Of a stretch of 64,000 bases of DNA, positions 58,878 to 64,000 are shown piece after piece. A model generated the notes under the pieces. It was not told the DNA's origin. It did not search any database and worked only from the letters and a program-made list of their open reading frames with translations. Source of the stretch: Candidatus Bathyarchaeota archaeon (GTDB lineage Archaea; Thermoproteota; Bathyarchaeia; Bathyarchaeales; Bathycorpusculaceae); the NCBI GenBank assembly GCA_963767735.1, contig CAVYES010000006.1, positions 128,001 through 192,000 on the forward strand, written 5' to 3'. The position numbers were made by a program, and so were the translations under genes. How positions within the stretch are numbered: position 1 is the first letter of the stretch; every line of letters begins with the position of its first letter.

Positions 58878-60732
58878 TCACTTTACAGTAACACACTTCG
58901 CTAGGTTTCTTGGCATATCGGGGTCGCATCCTCTCTCAAGAGACAATGTAATACGCTAAAAGCTGCAGGGGTACTGCAAAAGGAATCGGCGACAGAACAC
59001 CAGGAATTCCCTTTGGAACCTCAACGTAGTCATCAGCTAACGATTTGATGTCTTGGTCTCCTTCTTCGACAATGGCGATTATGTGGGCGCCTCTGGCTTT
59101 CATTTCCATGATATTGCCAATCAGCGTCTTGTGGCAGTCATCCTTGGGGCAAACGAAAACTACTGGGAAGCCATTTTCAATCAGGCTGATTGGGCCATGC
59201 TTGCTTTCGCCTGCTGGGAACGCTATCGACGGAATATACGCGATTTCCATCAGTTTAAGTCTGCCTTCAAAAGCAGTGGCGGTGCTGATTCCTCTGCCTA
59301 AGAAGAAGAACACTTTAGAATCCTTGTATTTCTTGGCGATTTGCTTGACTTTTTCCTCTTGTGTTTCAACTATTGTTTCAGCAATTTCAGGTAATTTAAG
59401 CAGATTCGCTTCAAGGCTATCTATTTCATCCTGAGAAACTTTGCCTCTTTTCTTTGCCAATCTGAGCGCAAGTTGCGCCAGCACGGAAAGCTGAGATGTA
59501 AAAGTTTTTGTTGCTGCAACTCCAATTTCTGGACCAGCTTGCGTCCCAATATAAACTCGGGAAACACGTGTCAAAGTGGAGCCGATAACGTTAGTTAAGC
59601 TAAGGATCGTGGCTGCACGTTGCTGGGCGCAGGTGACGGCTGCTATGGTGTCTGCTGTTTCGCCTGACTGACTAACGGCTAAGATGGTGCTGTCAATGTT
59701 TACTGATTTGCCGTGTTGTTCTATGAATTCTGAAGCGTAAACAGGATAGGTGGGCAAGAACGCAAGTTTAGAGAACATGTATGAAGCCGCTAAACATGCA
59801 TGGTAGCTTGTTCCGCATGCAACAAGAAAAACATCGTTGGCTCGGTCTAGAAAAGTTGTAAGTAAATCCAGGTAATGTTCCTGCAGTCTTAGCGTGTTGC
59901 GAAGAGTTTCAGGCTGCTCATGAATCTCTTTAATCATAAAGTGCGGATAGCCTTGTTTAATAGCCATTTCAGCTGTCCACTCAATAGTTTCCGGTTCCCT
60001 GCTGACGGGGCTGGAATCCTGAATTTTCTTAATCTCATAACCTTGAGCTGTCAAAATAACCAGTTCACCATTATTTAACATAACAGCCTTGTTGGTGACT
60101 GGCAGAAACGCTGGAATATCAGAAGCGCAGAAAACACCTTTGCCGTTGATGCCTAAAACAAGAGGGCTCTCATTTCTGGCGCAGATAATCTTATCAGGCT
60201 CTTTTGTGGAGATTACGGCAAGGGCGTAGGAGCCTTCAAGACGCTTGAGGCTTTCTTGAACTGCGTCGACGAAGGAGAGTTTCGGGTTCTGTTTAAGGGT
60301 TTGCTCGATAAGGTGTGGAATTACTTCTGTGTCTGTTTTGGAAACAAATGTGTGATCAAGATTTTGCAGTTCAGTTCTAAGCTCCATGAAATTCTCAATG
60401 ATTCCATTATGAACAACCATTATTTCGCCTGTGCAATCAGAATGAGGGTGAGCGTTCACTTTCAAGGGTGCACCATGAGTCGCCCAGCGTGTGTGACCAA
60501 TACCGATGCTGCCTGGCATATCGTCAAGGTTTAGGATTTTGTGGACCTCATCGATTTTTCCCTGGTCCTTTTTTAGGTACATGTTTCCATCAGATATTGT
60601 TGCTATGCCTACTGAGTCGTAGCCGCGGTATTCAAGCCGTTTAAGTGACGAATGAATTAGGGGAGCGGCGTTTTCTTCTTTTAAAACACAACCAAATATT
60701 CCACACATTTCAGAAGCCTCGCTTTTCCACAA
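58878..60732 (-). CDS. glmS: glutamine--fructose-6-phosphate aminotransferase (3' frameshift)
   Basis: MCGI, EYRGYDS, HTRWATHG, SQSGET; PRNLAKCVTVK C-terminus lies in a shifted frame. Confidence 0.96.
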
Positions 60733-60926
60733 TGATATACGCTTATGGAGGCTACGTTTTGTTAATAAGCATTTTTAATATTTCAGTTTCACCACTGAAA
60801 AGTTTTTTTTAGTAGTTGTTCCCCATTCTTCAAAGCAAGCGAAAACTTCAAGTAGGGTTGAGTCTGAAATTTTTCAACCATTATAAATAAATTTTTTATA
60901 GTACCGGCGTGTTATCTACTATTTGA

Positions 60927-61896
60927 TTGCACATGGATAAAAAACTGCTTCTCCAAGACAACGGCAACACCCAAGAAGTAAAAGAAATCAGCATAATGAA
61001 CGATTCACAAAAACTAAAAATGATTCTCGGCAGCTTAAGCTGGAAAATCTTAACGATATTATCAAAAAAAGAAATGTACCCCTTAGAAATCGCGCGGCAA
61101 CTCGGTATGCATGAGCAAAAAGTCTACTATCACATAAGAAAACTAGCCAAAGCAGGAGCCATAACCGTTGTACGAGAAGAAAAAAAGAAAGGCGCAACAG
61201 CAAAATATTACAAAACCGTTTCACCAGCCTTCGGAATCGAGTTTCCAGACGGCTACAAAGCAATCCAAAACCTTTGCCTCTTAAGCATCGACAAGCAACT
61301 TCAAGAGTTCTTCAAAGAATTCATCAACAACGGCGTTTTTGACGGAAAAATAGTTGTGGGCAGCCCGCAGCCGCATGGTCCATTTAAAACCAGTGCAAGA
61401 GATGGTCACTACGCAGCGCACTTGGCGCTTTTTATCGGGCAATTTGCGAAAATGCCATCAGAATTCGCCGTGAAACTTGACGTTGACGTGAAAGTGGAGA
61501 AGGAAGAAAAGAACAATTTAATCCTTGTTGGGGGTCCAGGCACAAACCTTCTCACACAGGAAATAAACGAGTATTTGCCTATCAAATTCATAATGCAATC
61601 TTCAGAGCAAGGATTCTTGCTCGGCGGTTTATCATCAAAAAAAACTATGCAAGTTTACACTTCGGATGTTTCAGGGTTAATTGCTAAAATCGTGAATCCA
61701 TGGGATAAAACCAAACGCATCGTGGTTTTAGCAGGAAACAAAGCTGTGGGAACGAAAGCATGCGTTTTAGCCTTAACCAATTTTTGGAAGAAAACCCTGC
61801 AAAAATACAAGGGCGAGGAACACTTTTGCAGTTGTGATTCAGGGGTTTGATTTGGATGGGGACGGCAAAGTGGATTCCATTGAGGTTAACGAGTAA
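60927..61896 (+). CDS. ArsR-like HTH regulator with C-terminal domain (3' frameshift)
   Basis: EIARQLG..EQKVYYHIRKL; VVGSP.PHG; LILVGGPGTN. Confidence 0.75.
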
Positions 61897-62332
61897 TTGA
61901 GCGCTAAAGAAACAAAAGAAAACATTTTCGCATTTGGGCATGAGAATATTCAAGCTATTCACCCTTCAACTTTAATGTTCACAAAGGACAAGCACCTGTC
62001 AAAAAATGGCGATTGCATTGTCGCAGTAGCTGCGGATAAAGCAGTGGCTGATTTAAACCAAGAATTCAAAGAGAAATTGAAAAGAGCCAGACGCTAAACT
62101 AACCATAATTATTGAGGCTGGAGGCTTAACTGAGCAAATTAACGCTTTAGGCTCCCCAAAATTGATTTTAACTCACCCAACCGACATTGTGATTAGAAAA
62201 AGCGATTACATCTGTGACCGAACATTGGCAATTCGCGCTGACAAATCAGCAAAAGATTTACCACGAGAACTGGTGGAGAAGCTAAAAAATCCAAACCAGA
62301 AAGTCAACATTACCCTTGTCCTTCGTGGCTAA
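61897..62332 (+). CDS. DUF371-family protein (frameshifted)
   Basis: GHENI.A.H.ST...GDCI; VIRKSDY...RTLAI.ADK. Confidence 0.8.
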
Positions 62333-63405
62333 GAAATTTTGGCGTCTAAAACAATCTGCGACTCGTAAGGTGCAGTTTCCCTGAATGCTTTTTGCATAAA
62401 GAAACGCTTCAACTTTTCTGCCCGTTGACTCTACAGCTTGGGAAAAACGAAGTCTTGAGGTTTTCAATTGAATCAGGTGAACGAACGAAAGCGTAAAAAT
62501 GGATTATTCCGCCATGAGGCTTGATTGCTTGGCAAGCGGCATCAACGAATTCGATGGCTGTTTCAGGCAAATTCATTATCACTCGATCCGCTAAGCCCTT
62601 AAGCCTCGTTGCGGTAATTTGCCTTGCATCGCCAAGAATGGGGAAGACTCGGTTTTCAACCCTGTTAACCCGAGCATTTACTTTAAGCAACTCAACGGCG
62701 TCAGGATTAATATCAACAGCGTAAACTTTCACGTTCGGATTTTTTTTGGCAATCAGCACTGAGAAGGGTCCAACTCCAGCAAACAAATCCACCACAGTTT
62801 CGCCAACTTGAACAAGTGATGCTACCCGCTCGTGCTCATGGGAAAGCCGAGGCGAAAAATATGCTTTAGCGACATCAACGTGGTATTGGCATCCGAATTC
62901 CCTGTGGATAGTTTGGGTTTTGTGTTCTCCAGCAATAAAAGTGAACTCGCGCAATCGGTAGGTTCCGCTTATTGCTCCTGCTTTGGCAAGCACGGTTTTG
63001 ATGTTTCTATGCGTTTTCAGGATTGCTTCGCCGATGAGGTTTTCGTACGGCTTCAAGTTCCGGCGGAATTTCAATGATGGCTATGTCCCCTATTATGTCT
63101 AATGCTTGAGGCAAACTTGCCAGCAAATGCGTGAGGCAACTCTGTTTTCGAGAACTTGCATGAGCGATTGTTCGGTTGGTCTTTTTTCGGTGAAAACTTT
63201 AGTTGGCTAATTGCGTTTCGGGAGCTTCAGTTTTTAGCGTTTCAAACTCATTCTGGTCTGGTTGCCTTATCAATGGAATGCAGAGGTTGCCTTCGTCCCG
63301 CTGAATTTCCAATGATTTATCGATAAGTTCAAGTTTGATAGCTAAGGCTATGGCTTTCTCGCCTTGTTTTTTTGGAATTTTTATGCAAATGGTTGATTTG
63401 GACAT
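62329..63405 (-). CDS. trm5: tRNA m1G37 methyltransferase Trm5 (several frameshifts)
   Basis: DIIGDIA, YFSPRL..E, DLFAGVGPF, DINP, RVIMNLP. Confidence 0.88.
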
Positions 63406-64000
63406 GTGATCAGCTGCTTTTTTCTATCCTGATAGAGGTTGTTTACTTTTTGAATGGTGAATTTGACGTTTAACATTTTTTCCATTAGCCAAATGTTAGA
63501 TTCAATATGCTCAGAAATTGTTCTAACCAAAAAGGTTGATTTGCCCTGTGCCAACGCCATGTAGGGAATAAGCATATCTGCCAAGTAAACATCAACTGTT
63601 GGCTTAACAGACAACTCGGTTAAGAGCTTTTCAGCAGCTTCTTTTCCAACGGCTTCACTCATTTTACGGAGTTCACCAATTGCATCAGCGCCTATGATTA
63701 CGCCTGTGTCGGTTTCAGCCCACAGAACAATGGAGCTTCCTTTTTGAAAAGGGTTTGACTGGTCGTTTACAACTTCGATAGAAGCATTATAGCCGTTTTG
63801 TGAGAGGCGGTCTTGTGCTGCTTTTGCTTGCCGCTCTGCCACTTGCCTATCAGCTAAAAAAGTGCAGACTGAAACGCCCTTATGCTTTTGACTTTGCCAA
63901 AATTTTCAAGCTGAATCGGTTTTAGTGCCTGGTTTGGCTTGACGGTCATTGTTGCTTCGCCCATTCCTTTCGGGTAATAACCGTATTTTTGAACGGTTAT
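63381..64000 (-). CDS. rtcA: RNA 3'-terminal phosphate cyclase, 3' part (frameshifted, truncated by window)
   Basis: GYYPKGMG, VAERQA, VDVYLADML, SEH..SN. Confidence 0.85.

Noticed and set aside
58880-58891. Third copy of the att core (ACTTTACAGTAA)
   Set aside because: Only 12 of 16 bp match and it lies in the glmS coding end; probably chance

Overview
Archaeal chromosome segment, most consistent with Bathyarchaeia/TACK. This is an inference from separate Kae1/Bud32/Pcc1 genes, a TFE-beta, a non-catalytic proteasome beta, FEN1 and Cdc48. Layout: (1) 1-7.8 kb, accessory ORFs and a surface-modification cluster with two GT-C glycosyltransferases (one fused to a PQQ-type beta-propeller) and a B12 radical SAM enzyme. 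(2) 8.0-10.4 kb, a tandem array of five KGG/Em(LEA-like) hydrophilin genes, one decayed copy and DUF2795. (3) 10.4-29.6 kb, a dense oxidative/redox/metal stress island: flavodoxin, ferritin-like protein, HtrA, Prx, Nth, a ferredoxin:disulfide reductase with a CVWC redoxin and a flavin disulfide reductase, an AEP primase paralog, Zn-ferredoxin, SOD, rubrerythrin, FprA, OsmC, PDO and CopA. (4) A ribophorin-I-like gene. (5) 31.5-36.8 kb, a decayed integrative element bounded by a 16-bp direct repeat with inner inverted repeats and two tyrosine-recombinase remnants. (6) 36.9-64 kb, housekeeping genes, many split by frameshifts beyond ~49.8 kb, probably assembly errors. I saw no rRNA, tRNA or CRISPR array. 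All calls come from motif recognition by eye, with no database searches.
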